Shown in pieces: positions 56,097 to 64,000 of a DNA stretch of 64,000 nt (the first letter of the stretch is position 1; each line of letters starts with the position of its first letter). The DNA comes from Acidobacteriota bacterium (GTDB lineage Bacteria > Acidobacteriota > UBA6911 > RPQK01 > JADFOI01): the NCBI GenBank assembly GCA_963663035.1, contig OY760074.1, forward strand, positions 3,296,001 to 3,360,000, written 5' to 3'. The notes beneath the pieces are model-generated. The model made no database searches. It was not told where the DNA came from and worked only from the letters and a program-made list of their open reading frames with translations. The translations under genes and the position numbers were made by a program.

Positions 56097-59000
56097 AAGA
56101 CTCCAGGGGTTCAGTATCCTGGAAGGCCTTCATGGTTCGGATTGTGCCTTTCTCTTCGCCTCCCTTTTTCGGCAATCGCCAACCCCCTCTCTGTGGCTGT
56201 GTCTCAACAACCGCCAGGCCGAAAAGATCGCTGAGGATCTGCGTTTCTTTCTCCCAGAGGGGAGTAAAGATCAGGTCCTGGTTATTCCCGGCTCAGAAGC
56301 GGACCCCTATCGCGGCCTGTCGCCCCATCCGGAGATCGCAGCTAAAAGAGCGGTCGCTTTGTGGAGGCTCCAGCAGAAAGATCCGGGATTCATTGTCACC
56401 ACCCTCGCTTCGATACTGACTCGGTTGCCCTCGCCAGCTGAGTATCTGAGCCACTGTGTTCATCTTGAAGTCGGCAGCTTTCTGCCCTTGGATCACCTGG
56501 TGGAGGGACTGGGGAAGATGGGTTATGTGCGGGAGGATCCGGTGAGCGAGGTCGGCGAATATTCGATTCGGGGAGGGATTGTCGATGTCTTTTCCCCAGC
56601 CTATGAAAATCCTGCTCGAATTGAGTTTTTCGGAGACCAGATTGAGTCGATGCGCGACTTTGATCCCAGCACACAGCGATCTATTGGGCTCATCTCTTCT
56701 TGTCAGGTTGTGCCCATGCGAGAAATGATTCTGTCCGAAACTGAGATTGCGCGCTGGCACAAGGAGGCTCCTGAAAATTGGAATGAAGTTCGCTTCGCAG
56801 ATGCTCTGCAGGAGAAGTGTCAGTTCACTGAAAACCGCGAGTTGTTCAATGGCTTTGAATTTGTCTTTCCACTGGTGATGGACAACCAGCATCATCTCTT
56901 GGAGTTCCTGACCGAGCCACAAGATTTGCACATCGTGCTCCCAGAGGCTGACGAGTTCCTGGGGGAACTTGAGAAATTTTGTTCCCGTCAACAGGAAGCG
57001 TTTCAGGAGCAACAGGCCAATGGAGAGCTCGTCTTGCCTCCTGAGCAGTTGTTTTTCGACAAGAACTGGATGGATGGAGTCCTGAAGAACAGGCAAGCCT
57101 TCTTCATTAAACAACTCTCGGATATGCCTCATACGGCTTGCCGTTTCGATTTTCAGCTCGAACGCACCTATGAAAGCCGAATCCAGGACCTTCTTTCCGA
57201 CCTCAGTCGGTGGCGCGATGCAGATGAGCGAGTCGTTCTGGTGATGGGCTCGCGAGGAATGACAGAACGTGTCGCCCACCTCTTGGCAGAGTATGGTGTG
57301 CCAGTTCACCTTGTGGAAAATGGGCTCGATGAAGCTCTTTCTCACCCTTTGTCTGTCATACAAGGCAAACTCTCCAATGGTTTCTATTCTCCCAGCTTAG
57401 GGCTTCATATCCTCACTCAGGAGAATATCTTCCAGGAAAGCCAGCTCAAAGCTGCCAGAAAGCCGGTCCATCTGGAGATTGCTACTCAATTTCTTTCTGA
57501 TTTCCGAGACCTCAAGGAAGGGGACTATGTCGTTCACATTGATCACGGAATTGGGATTTTTCAGGGTCTGGAACGGATCGGAGTGGGGAAGGAGCTCAAG
57601 GAGTTTGTGGTACTGGTCTACCGTAAAGGTGCCAAATTATACGTCCCAATCGATCGTCTGGGCCTGATACAGAAGTACAGTGGAGTAGGCGGGGCAAAAC
57701 TTCAGATTGACCTTCTGGGGGGAGTTTCCTGGGGGAAAACCAAGCAGCGCATTAAGAAGTCTATGCGGCACATGGCCGAGGACTTGCTCAAGCTCTATGC
57801 TCGTCGAGACATGGCCAAGGGACACGCTTTCTCTGCCGATGACTCCCTGAGCCGGGAATTTGAGGAAGCATTTGAATTTGAGGAAACACCCGACCAACTG
57901 GCCGCCATTCAGGATGTCAGCCGGGACATGGAAGCAATACGGCCAATGGATCGGTTGATTTGTGGCGATGTGGGTTACGGAAAGACAGAAGTCGCCATGC
58001 GGGGGGCTTTCAAGGCCGTCAACGATAGCAAACAGGTGGCAGTGCTGGCTCCCACTACGGTCCTGGCCTTCCAGCATTACAATTCCTTTAGAGAGCGCTG
58101 TCAGGGTTTTCCCGTAACCGTTGAGATGGTCAGTCGCTTTCAAAGTCGAGTGGAGCAAACTGAGATACTCCGACGCACATCCCTGGGTCTGGTGGATATC
58201 CTGATCGGCACCCATCGACTCTTGTCAAAGGATGTCCACTTTCAGGATCTAGGACTGATTGTGGTGGATGAAGAACAGCGCTTTGGGGTGGCTCAGAAGG
58301 AGAGACTCAAACAGCTGAAAACCGAAGTTGATGTTTTAGCACTTTCCGCAACGCCGATTCCTCGCACCTTGAACATGTCGCTCATTGGTCTTCGAGACCT
58401 CTCCATTATCGAGACTCCCCCCCTGGACAGGCTAGCGATTCAGACTGTGGTGGTGAGGTTCAACAAGAACATCATCCGAACTGCCATAGACCTGGAGATG
58501 AAGCGTGACGGGCAAGTCTTCTTTGTCCACAACTCGGTGGAGACCATTTATTCAATCGCCACTATGATTCAGGAGACCGTGCCGGAGGCGCGTGTGGCAG
58601 TGGCTCATGGGCAGCTGAGGGAAGGACAGCTCCAGAAGGTCATGGTTGACTTCCTCAACTACCGATACGATGTCCTGGTTTCAACCACGATCATTGAAAA
58701 CGGCCTGGACATTCCCCGCGCTAATACTTTGATCGTCAATCGAAGTGATCAGTTTGGATTGGCCCAGCTATACCAGTTGAGGGGGCGGGTGGGGCGATCC
58801 AACCGTCGTGCGTATGCCTTCTTGATGACGCCACCGCCGGAAACTCTGACCCCGGAGGCTGGAAAGCGTCTGGCTGCAATCAAGGAGTTCAGTGAGCTGG
58901 GTGCGGGTTTCCGCATTGCGGCACTGGATCTGGAGATTCGCGGTGCCGGGAACTTGTTGGGTTCTGAGCAGCACGGACACATTGGTGCGATTGGACTTGA

Positions 59001-59505
59001 ATTGTATACGAAACTGCTGGAGCAGACCATCAGAGAGTTGAGAGGTGAAGAGGTTCCTGAAGAGGTGCAAACTAAGCTTGATCTCCGCATGGATGTCCAG
59101 ATTCCCGAGCACTACATCGATGACTCTACGCTGCGCCTGTGGCTTTACAAAAGGGTTTCCTCAGCTCCTGACAACTCTGCTCTTGAAAATTTGAAGGGGG
59201 AGGTGGTGGATCGGTTTGGGAAATATCCCAAGTCCGTCTCAAACCTGTTTGAATATGCAAGACTTCGCTTGCGCGCTCAGCTGTTGAAGATCTTCGTACT
59301 GGAGCGAAAAGGATCTCGGGTCCTTCTAAAATTTCGAGAAGATACCCCTGTTTCCCGTGAGCATGTCATCGATCTCGTGCGGCGCAGCGGGGAATTGTCC
59401 TTGACTCCAGAGGGAAACATGAGTGCAGAGATCTCCTCCACTCTTCCCAGTGAGGTCTTTCGATATGTGGATACCCTGTTGGATGAGGTGTCTGTGCTAG
59501 AATGA
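56023..59505 (+). CDS. mfd: Transcription-repair coupling factor (start uncertain)
   Basis: [54 protein letters not shown] and [12 protein letters not shown]. Confidence 0.96.
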   Translation: MTESEAQEKSKFPRTATQISRSLAERLQGFSILEGLHGSDCAFLFASLFRQSPTPSLWLCLNNRQAEKIAEDLRFFLPEGSKDQVLVIPGSEADPYRGLSPHPEIAAKRAVALWRLQQKDPGFIVTTLASILTRLPSPAEYLSHCVHLEVGSFLPLDHLVEGLGKMGYVREDPVSEVGEYSIRGGIVDVFSPAYENPARIEFFGDQIESMRDFDPSTQRSIGLISSCQVVPMREMILSETEIARWHKEAPENWNEVRFADALQEKCQFTENRELFNGFEFVFPLVMDNQHHLLEFLTEPQDLHIVLPEADEFLGELEKFCSRQQEAFQEQQANGELVLPPEQLFFDKNWMDGVLKNRQAFFIKQLSDMPHTACRFDFQLERTYESRIQDLLSDLSRWRDADERVVLVMGSRGMTERVAHLLAEYGVPVHLVENGLDEALSHPLSVIQGKLSNGFYSPSLGLHILTQENIFQESQLKAARKPVHLEIATQFLSDFRDLKEGDYVVHIDHGIGIFQGLERIGVGKELKEFVVLVYRKGAKLYVPIDRLGLIQKYSGVGGAKLQIDLLGGVSWGKTKQRIKKSMRHMAEDLLKLYARRDMAKGHAFSADDSLSREFEEAFEFEETPDQLAAIQDVSRDMEAIRPMDRLICGDVGYGKTEVAMRGAFKAVNDSKQVAVLAPTTVLAFQHYNSFRERCQGFPVTVEMVSRFQSRVEQTEILRRTSLGLVDILIGTHRLLSKDVHFQDLGLIVVDEEQRFGVAQKERLKQLKTEVDVLALSATPIPRTLNMSLIGLRDLSIIETPPLDRLAIQTVVVRFNKNIIRTAIDLEMKRDGQVFFVHNSVETIYSIATMIQETVPEARVAVAHGQLREGQLQKVMVDFLNYRYDVLVSTTIIENGLDIPRANTLIVNRSDQFGLAQLYQLRGRVGRSNRRAYAFLMTPPPETLTPEAGKRLAAIKEFSELGAGFRIAALDLEIRGAGNLLGSEQHGHIGAIGLELYTKLLEQTIRELRGEEVPEEVQTKLDLRMDVQIPEHYIDDSTLRLWLYKRVSSAPDNSALENLKGEVVDRFGKYPKSVSNLFEYARLRLRAQLLKIFVLERKGSRVLLKFREDTPVSREHVIDLVRRSGELSLTPEGNMSAEISSTLPSEVFRYVDTLLDEVSVLE

Positions 59506-60425
59506 GCGGCTTCAGGAACATGATCTTAAAACGCTGTATCACTCTGCTCGCGCTTGTCCCTCTTGGGGGCTGTGGGGAAGAGCCTGAAGAAATTCAGGCC
59601 ACCCGACCTCAATCTCCAACCATCGCAGTCATGAATGGTCGTCCCCTGCTGCGGGACCAGTTCGAAGGCTTTCTGTCCCTGGCCCCGGCTGACTCGGAAG
59701 AGGAACCTACCCATTCTCGGAGGGAAGAACGGTTTAGGGAGTTTCTCCTGGAGCAACTTTTACTCCAGGAAGCGACAAGACAGAAGATCACAGTGGAAGA
59801 AGAGGAGGTGGAGCGACAGCTGGTTCTGTGGCTTTCCCAAGAACAAGAGGTTACAGAGCAGTTGCGTGAGCGCGTCCGGACCTTTCTGACCATTCAGAGA
59901 TTCATAAAGGAAGAGATTGTCTCCAAGATCGAAATGGGCAATCAGGAGATCTATCGGTATTACCAGACTCATGCGAACCAATACATCATCGAGGATGAGG
60001 CTCACGTTCTGGAGGTCATGGTGGAGGATCGAGAGCAGGCGGAGGAGATTCGAGAACAGTTGAACTTTGGAGATACTCGAACGTTCAAGAGTATGGCACA
60101 GGGCTATTCCCAGGGATTGACCGCACAAGCTGGAGGCGATTTGGGAACCTTCCTGCGTGGGCAACTTCCTGAGAACTTCGAAAAGACGATCTTTCAACTC
60201 AAGCCAGGAGAGATCAGTCCGGTCTTTCGCTCTCCCGAGGGATACCATATCTTCATGATGGAAGAATGGGTTCCGCGCCACGCCCAGAAGTTTTACGAAG
60301 TGCAGGAAACCATTTTTGAGGAACTTGTGGCTGCTAAGGAACGTGTCGCCCTGGATGAGTATGAGAAGCGATTATTTGAGGGTGCCTCCATAGAAATTCA
60401 TGACGAGACCTTAACTATCGAGTGA
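59502..60425 (+). CDS. Parvulin-type PPIase (SurA/PrsA-like), probable lipoprotein
   Basis: LGGC lipobox-like, SurA-N helices, GGDLG, LKPGEISPV and GYHI. Confidence 0.85.
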   Translation: MSGFRNMILKRCITLLALVPLGGCGEEPEEIQATRPQSPTIAVMNGRPLLRDQFEGFLSLAPADSEEEPTHSRREERFREFLLEQLLLQEATRQKITVEEEEVERQLVLWLSQEQEVTEQLRERVRTFLTIQRFIKEEIVSKIEMGNQEIYRYYQTHANQYIIEDEAHVLEVMVEDREQAEEIREQLNFGDTRTFKSMAQGYSQGLTAQAGGDLGTFLRGQLPENFEKTIFQLKPGEISPVFRSPEGYHIFMMEEWVPRHAQKFYEVQETIFEELVAAKERVALDEYEKRLFEGASIEIHDETLTIE

Positions 60426-60435
60426 AAAGATCCGA

Positions 60436-61458
60436 ATGCAACCCTCCAATCGATTTGTGGAATTTCGCTTAGCCTTGATTGTCATACTCCTGATGGGATC
60501 GATTCCCGCGCTTTCGGCACAAGAGATCGTCCTGCTGGACGAAATCGTGGCGAGAGTGAACCGTGAAATCATCACTATGATTGACCTGAACAAGGAACTG
60601 AGAATCTTGAGAGCGAGTCTGGTACAGGACACTCAGAATCCGGAGCAGCTGGAGCAAGAGTTCCAGAGGGAGAAGCGAACTCTGTTGAGAACCATGATCC
60701 AAACCAGGATGTTGGCTCAAAGAGCTGAGGAATTTGGCATCAGCGCCAACATCGAGGGGGACGTCACTAATTTCATCGAAGAGATGCGTAAAAGTGCCGG
60801 TATCCCCAATCTTGAGATTCTCGATCAGGTTCTCCAGGAGCAGGGCTCCTCACTGGAGGACTATCGACAGTCGCTGAGACAGCGACTCACTATTGACTCA
60901 TTACTTCAGCAGTTCGTTTATTCCAAGCTCACCCTTCTCACACCTGAAATCGAGGCCTACTACCAGGAACACATCGAAGAATATACCGAAAAGGCTCAGG
61001 TGGAACTGAAGGAGCTATTGTTTCTGACCGAGGGGGAGGACAAGGCGCAGTTGAGAGAGAAAGCAGAAGAAGTTCTGGCCCAGTTACGGGCTGGTGCTTC
61101 CTTCGAGGAATTGGCCGAGCAGTATTCAGACGGCCCCACCGCTGCCCGAGGTGGAGATATTGGCAGCTTCAAGCAGGGTTCGATGTCGCCGCTCATCGAA
61201 GAGGTGGCGTTTCAGTTGAAGGAAGGCGAAATCAGCGGCATCATCGAGACCGACTATGGACTTCAAATCATCAAAGTGGTGAGCCACACAGCAGATCGAC
61301 TCAGGCCGGTGGAGGAAGTTCGTCCAGAAATCTCACGTCAGCTCTACGAACGAAAGGCTCAACCTGGGTTGAGAAAATTCATGGATGAGCTGCGAGAGCA
61401 AAGTTATGTCTATATAGCCCCGAACTACCGGGAAGAGTATGACACCGAGGGACTGTAA
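60436..61458 (+). CDS. SurA-like periplasmic chaperone/PPIase
   Basis: Signal peptide, DEIVARVNREII, FEELAEQYS..GGDIG and LKEGEIS. Confidence 0.88.
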   Translation: MQPSNRFVEFRLALIVILLMGSIPALSAQEIVLLDEIVARVNREIITMIDLNKELRILRASLVQDTQNPEQLEQEFQREKRTLLRTMIQTRMLAQRAEEFGISANIEGDVTNFIEEMRKSAGIPNLEILDQVLQEQGSSLEDYRQSLRQRLTIDSLLQQFVYSKLTLLTPEIEAYYQEHIEEYTEKAQVELKELLFLTEGEDKAQLREKAEEVLAQLRAGASFEELAEQYSDGPTAARGGDIGSFKQGSMSPLIEEVAFQLKEGEISGIIETDYGLQIIKVVSHTADRLRPVEEVRPEISRQLYERKAQPGLRKFMDELREQSYVYIAPNYREEYDTEGL

Positions 61459-61461
61459 ACA

Positions 61462-61489
61462 CTGACAACTGACAACTGACCGCTGACAG
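61462..61489. repeat. Heptamer tandem repeat (CTGACNN)x4
   Basis: CTGACAA CTGACAA CTGACCG CTGACAG fills the gap between two convergent stops. Confidence 0.65.
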
Positions 61490-62545
61490 TTATTCTTCCA
61501 GACGTTCTCGTCGCTTTTTGAAAATCCAAGAGATTCCGATGCTGATCACATAGAGCACCAGCATCGGGCCACTCCACAGAAACAGATTCAAGACGTCAGC
61601 CGTAGGTGAGATGACGGCTGCCACGATCAGGATCACAAGGAAGGCATAACGGAAGTTCTTCCACAGGAACCCGGGTGAAATGAGTCCGAAAAGAGAAAGA
61701 AATGCCACCAGGACCGGAAGTTGAAAAATCAGCCCCATACCCACCAAAACGATAACCTCGAAATTAAAGTACTCGATGGCACTCACCATGGCACGGAAGG
61801 GTCTCCCAAATTGATTGATGAGAAACTCCAGTGCTGTGGGGAGAATGATGTAGTAAGCGAAAGCTCCACCCACCAGGAAGAGGAGTGTGGAGGACACCAG
61901 AAAGGGAATGGCGTAGGATTTTTCCTTTCGATACAGTCCTGGGGCAATAAATAACCACACCTGGAGAAGTAAGTAGGGAGCGGACAGGAAGAGGGCCCCC
62001 ACAAAGGATACCTTTATCCAGATGGAAAAAGGCTCAGTGGGTCTGAGGAAGACCAGCTCCTTCATGCCTGCTTCAACGTCCTGACCGGGAGCGACAACAT
62101 TTGCGATGGGCACGGCCAGAAAAGTGAAGATTTGCTCACTGAATGCCCAGCAGATAGAAAACGCAATCGCCATGGCCGCCGCACTGTGAAGGAGCCGTTT
62201 TCGCAGTTCGTCCAGATGTTCCAGGAAAGTCATCGCGCCACCCAGGGCCCCCCACTCTCTATCATCGGGGGGGGCTTCTTCCGGGGTCCCCAGGTCGGGG
62301 GGAGGTGCCGGAGGTGAATCGGGTGGCGTTAGATCCTGGGTGGGCTCTTCCCCGCTCTCCTCTTCTGTTGAGGTGGGTGGCGATTGATCCTGAGCGAGCT
62401 CTTGCTCGTGCTCCTCTTCTGTTGAGGTGGGTGGCGATTGATCCTGAGCGAGCTCTTGCCCGCCCTCCTCTTCAGTTGAGGCGGGAGCGTCGGACTCCGA
62501 TTCTGGAGGAACGGTTGGAGGAGACTTGCCAGAGTCTTCTGTCAT
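61490..62545 (-). CDS. tatC: Twin-arginine translocase TatC with acidic repeat N-terminal extension
   Basis: MTFLEHLDELRKRL, QVWLFIAPGLY and FQLP; 54-bp repeats at 62357/62411/62465. Confidence 0.95.
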   Translation of the reverse strand: MTEDSGKSPPTVPPESESDAPASTEEEGGQELAQDQSPPTSTEEEHEQELAQDQSPPTSTEEESGEEPTQDLTPPDSPPAPPPDLGTPEEAPPDDREWGALGGAMTFLEHLDELRKRLLHSAAAMAIAFSICWAFSEQIFTFLAVPIANVVAPGQDVEAGMKELVFLRPTEPFSIWIKVSFVGALFLSAPYLLLQVWLFIAPGLYRKEKSYAIPFLVSSTLLFLVGGAFAYYIILPTALEFLINQFGRPFRAMVSAIEYFNFEVIVLVGMGLIFQLPVLVAFLSLFGLISPGFLWKNFRYAFLVILIVAAVISPTADVLNLFLWSGPMLVLYVISIGISWIFKKRRERLEE

Positions 62546-62593
62546 AAGCAGTTACTGGGAAAGTACTGGGAAGGGCTGATTATGGCTCAGAAC

Positions 62594-62824
62594 CTATTCG
62601 AGGTCGCTTTGAATCTTCTTCAAATCTTCAGCTTCCACGTCGACTTCGTGTTTGACTGCTTCGACTTCATCCTCCCAGGTCCGCTTGAGCTCGTTTGAAG
62701 CCCTCTTGAATTCGGTCAGTCCTTTACCCAGAGAACGGCCCAGTTCAGGCAGTTTCCGGGGGCCGAAAATGACCAGGGCAACAATAAAGATAATGACTAA
62801 TTCAGGAAAGCCTAGATTCCACAT
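62594..62824 (-). CDS. tatA: Twin-arginine translocase TatA/TatB family subunit
   Basis: LGFPELVIIFIVALVIFGPRKLPELGRSLGKGLTEFK. Confidence 0.88.
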   Translation of the reverse strand: MWNLGFPELVIIFIVALVIFGPRKLPELGRSLGKGLTEFKRASNELKRTWEDEVEAVKHEVDVEAEDLKKIQSDLE

Positions 62825-62850
62825 TTGACGGTCCAGTCTCCTTACTCATC

Positions 62851-62879
62851 AGTCTATGCCAGCCGCTGTAGCAAGTCAA
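62851..62879 (-). promoter_or_regulatory. Putative sigma70 promoter of tatA-tatC
   Basis: TTGACT-17 nt-TAGACT. Confidence 0.55.
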
Positions 62880-62913
62880 TGATGCAGGCTAGCAAAGATC
62901 ACCCGTCTGTTCG

Positions 62914-62942
62914 TTGACAGTTGAGCTAGGAAAAACTATCTT
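62914..62942 (+). promoter_or_regulatory. Putative sigma70 promoter of coxS-like operon
   Basis: TTGACA-17 nt-TATCTT. Confidence 0.55.
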
Positions 62943-62950
62943 AAGGCTCA

Positions 62951-63424
62951 ATGCGACAGCTGATCCAGGTGAGAGTTAATGGGCAAATGTACGAGGAAGA
63001 AGTTGAGCCGCGGATGCTTCTTTCCTTTTTCCTCAGAGAGGGCATTGGACTGACCGGAACCCACGTGGGCTGCGTGGTGGGAGAATGCGGTGCCTGCTCT
63101 ATTCTCCTGGATGGCCGGCTGGTCAAGTCGTGTCTGCTTCTGGCCGTACAGGCCCATGGGAGAGAGATCACCACGGTGGAGGGTTTGGCAGGAAAGGAAG
63201 CCTTGCATCCCATCCAGGAGGCCTTCGTGAAGAACTACGCTCTTCAGTGTGGCTACTGTACATCGGGAATGCTCCTGGCCAGCCACTACCTGCTCACCAG
63301 AAAACCCGATTCCAGCGAGGAAGAGATCCGACGGGGACTGGCAGGCAATCTGTGTATGTGTACCGGTTACACCCAGATTGTCGACGCGGTAAAGGAAGCG
63401 GGGAGGGAGTATAAAAAGGAATGA
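62951..63424 (+). CDS. 2Fe-2S small subunit of xanthine dehydrogenase/CoxS family
   Basis: GLTGTHVGCVVGECGAC, VKSC, QCGYC and GNLCMCTGY. Confidence 0.92.
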   Translation: MRQLIQVRVNGQMYEEEVEPRMLLSFFLREGIGLTGTHVGCVVGECGACSILLDGRLVKSCLLLAVQAHGREITTVEGLAGKEALHPIQEAFVKNYALQCGYCTSGMLLASHYLLTRKPDSSEEEIRRGLAGNLCMCTGYTQIVDAVKEAGREYKKE

Positions 63425-64000
63425 GTCAGACAAAATACATCGGGAAAAGGATTCGGAGTAAAGAGGGGCCGCGCCATGTGAGTGGTGGCGGACAATTCAC
63501 CGATGACATGACTCTTCCCGGGATGCTGCATGCGGTCATCCTGCGCAGCTCTTTTGCCCATGCTCGGATTGGTGACATTGATTCGCGTGCAGCCCTGGAG
63601 GTCCCCGGTGTAGTGGCCGTTCTCACCGGGAAGGAGGTCAAGGAAATATCGCGTCCCTTTAAGCCGGGTCGCTATTCAGCCGGTCTCAAGACGCCGATTC
63701 CTGAGTTTGCCACTGCCATGGAGAAGGTTCGCTATGTGGGAGAGCCGCTTGCCATGGTGGCAGCTCGCAGTCGTGCTGCGGCCGAGGACGCTCTGGACCT
63801 CATCTCTGTGGAATACGAACCTCTGCCGGCGGTCGTGGACCCCTGGCAAGCGATGGAACCGACCGCATCTGTCCTCTTCGAGGAGCTGGGCTCCAACATT
63901 GCCTGGGCGGGAGCAGTCTCTTACGGGGATGTGGATGAGGCCTTTCGATCGGCGGATCAGATTGTGAAGGAAAAACTGAAAACGCATCGCTACAGCTCGA
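63421..64000 (+). CDS. Molybdopterin-binding large subunit (CoxL/XdhA family), runs off window end
   Basis: ATG 63421 MSQTKYIGKRIRSKEGPRHVSGGGQFTDDM...ILRSSFAHARI...KVRYVGEPLA..VEYEPLP. Confidence 0.9.
   Translation, partial: MSQTKYIGKRIRSKEGPRHVSGGGQFTDDMTLPGMLHAVILRSSFAHARIGDIDSRAALEVPGVVAVLTGKEVKEISRPFKPGRYSAGLKTPIPEFATAMEKVRYVGEPLAMVAARSRAAAEDALDLISVEYEPLPAVVDPWQAMEPTASVLFEELGSNIAWAGAVSYGDVDEAFRSADQIVKEKLKTHRYSS

Noticed and set aside
62951-64000. Calling the cox-like genes a true CO dehydrogenase
   Set aside because: The diagnostic active-site loop of the large subunit lies outside the window; only the family can be supported.

Overview
Bacterial chromosomal segment, most likely Acidobacteriota. 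This is inferred from gene content and order, including tilS-ftsH-folP-dacA-ybbR-glmM and the MoxR/vWA/DUF58/DUF4159 locus. From 26.2 to 64 kb it is mostly core genome: an 8-gene MoxR-vWA operon, hom, tRNA-Met, hemB, an intact IS1380, carD, a SAM-I riboswitch controlling thrC-like + lysC, tilS-ftsH-folP-dacA-ybbR-glmM-hldC-mfd, two SurA-like PPIases, tatC/tatA and coxS/coxL-like genes. From 1 to 11 kb it holds an RND efflux pair, pepF, a peroxiredoxin, creD and two pseudogenes. The most notable structure lies at 11.2-26.2 kb, downstream of tRNA-Leu(CAA). Four small (2.5-4.8 kb) cargo units are stacked in tandem and none encodes an integrase. Each junction is a copy of the tRNA 3' half ending at the anticodon loop. 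Most junctions are flanked by conserved non-coding arms carrying 11-bp-spaced GGGC direct repeats, IHF-like sites and covarying hairpins. Copies decay with distance from the tRNA. The cargo is unrelated from unit to unit: a B12 radical SAM enzyme, an EF-hand-like membrane protein, IPCT/DIPPS, a TA pair plus exonuclease, and an orphan attC. This looks like an integron-like cassette array at a tRNA, built from non-autonomous mini-islands. All calls were made by eye; no searches were run.
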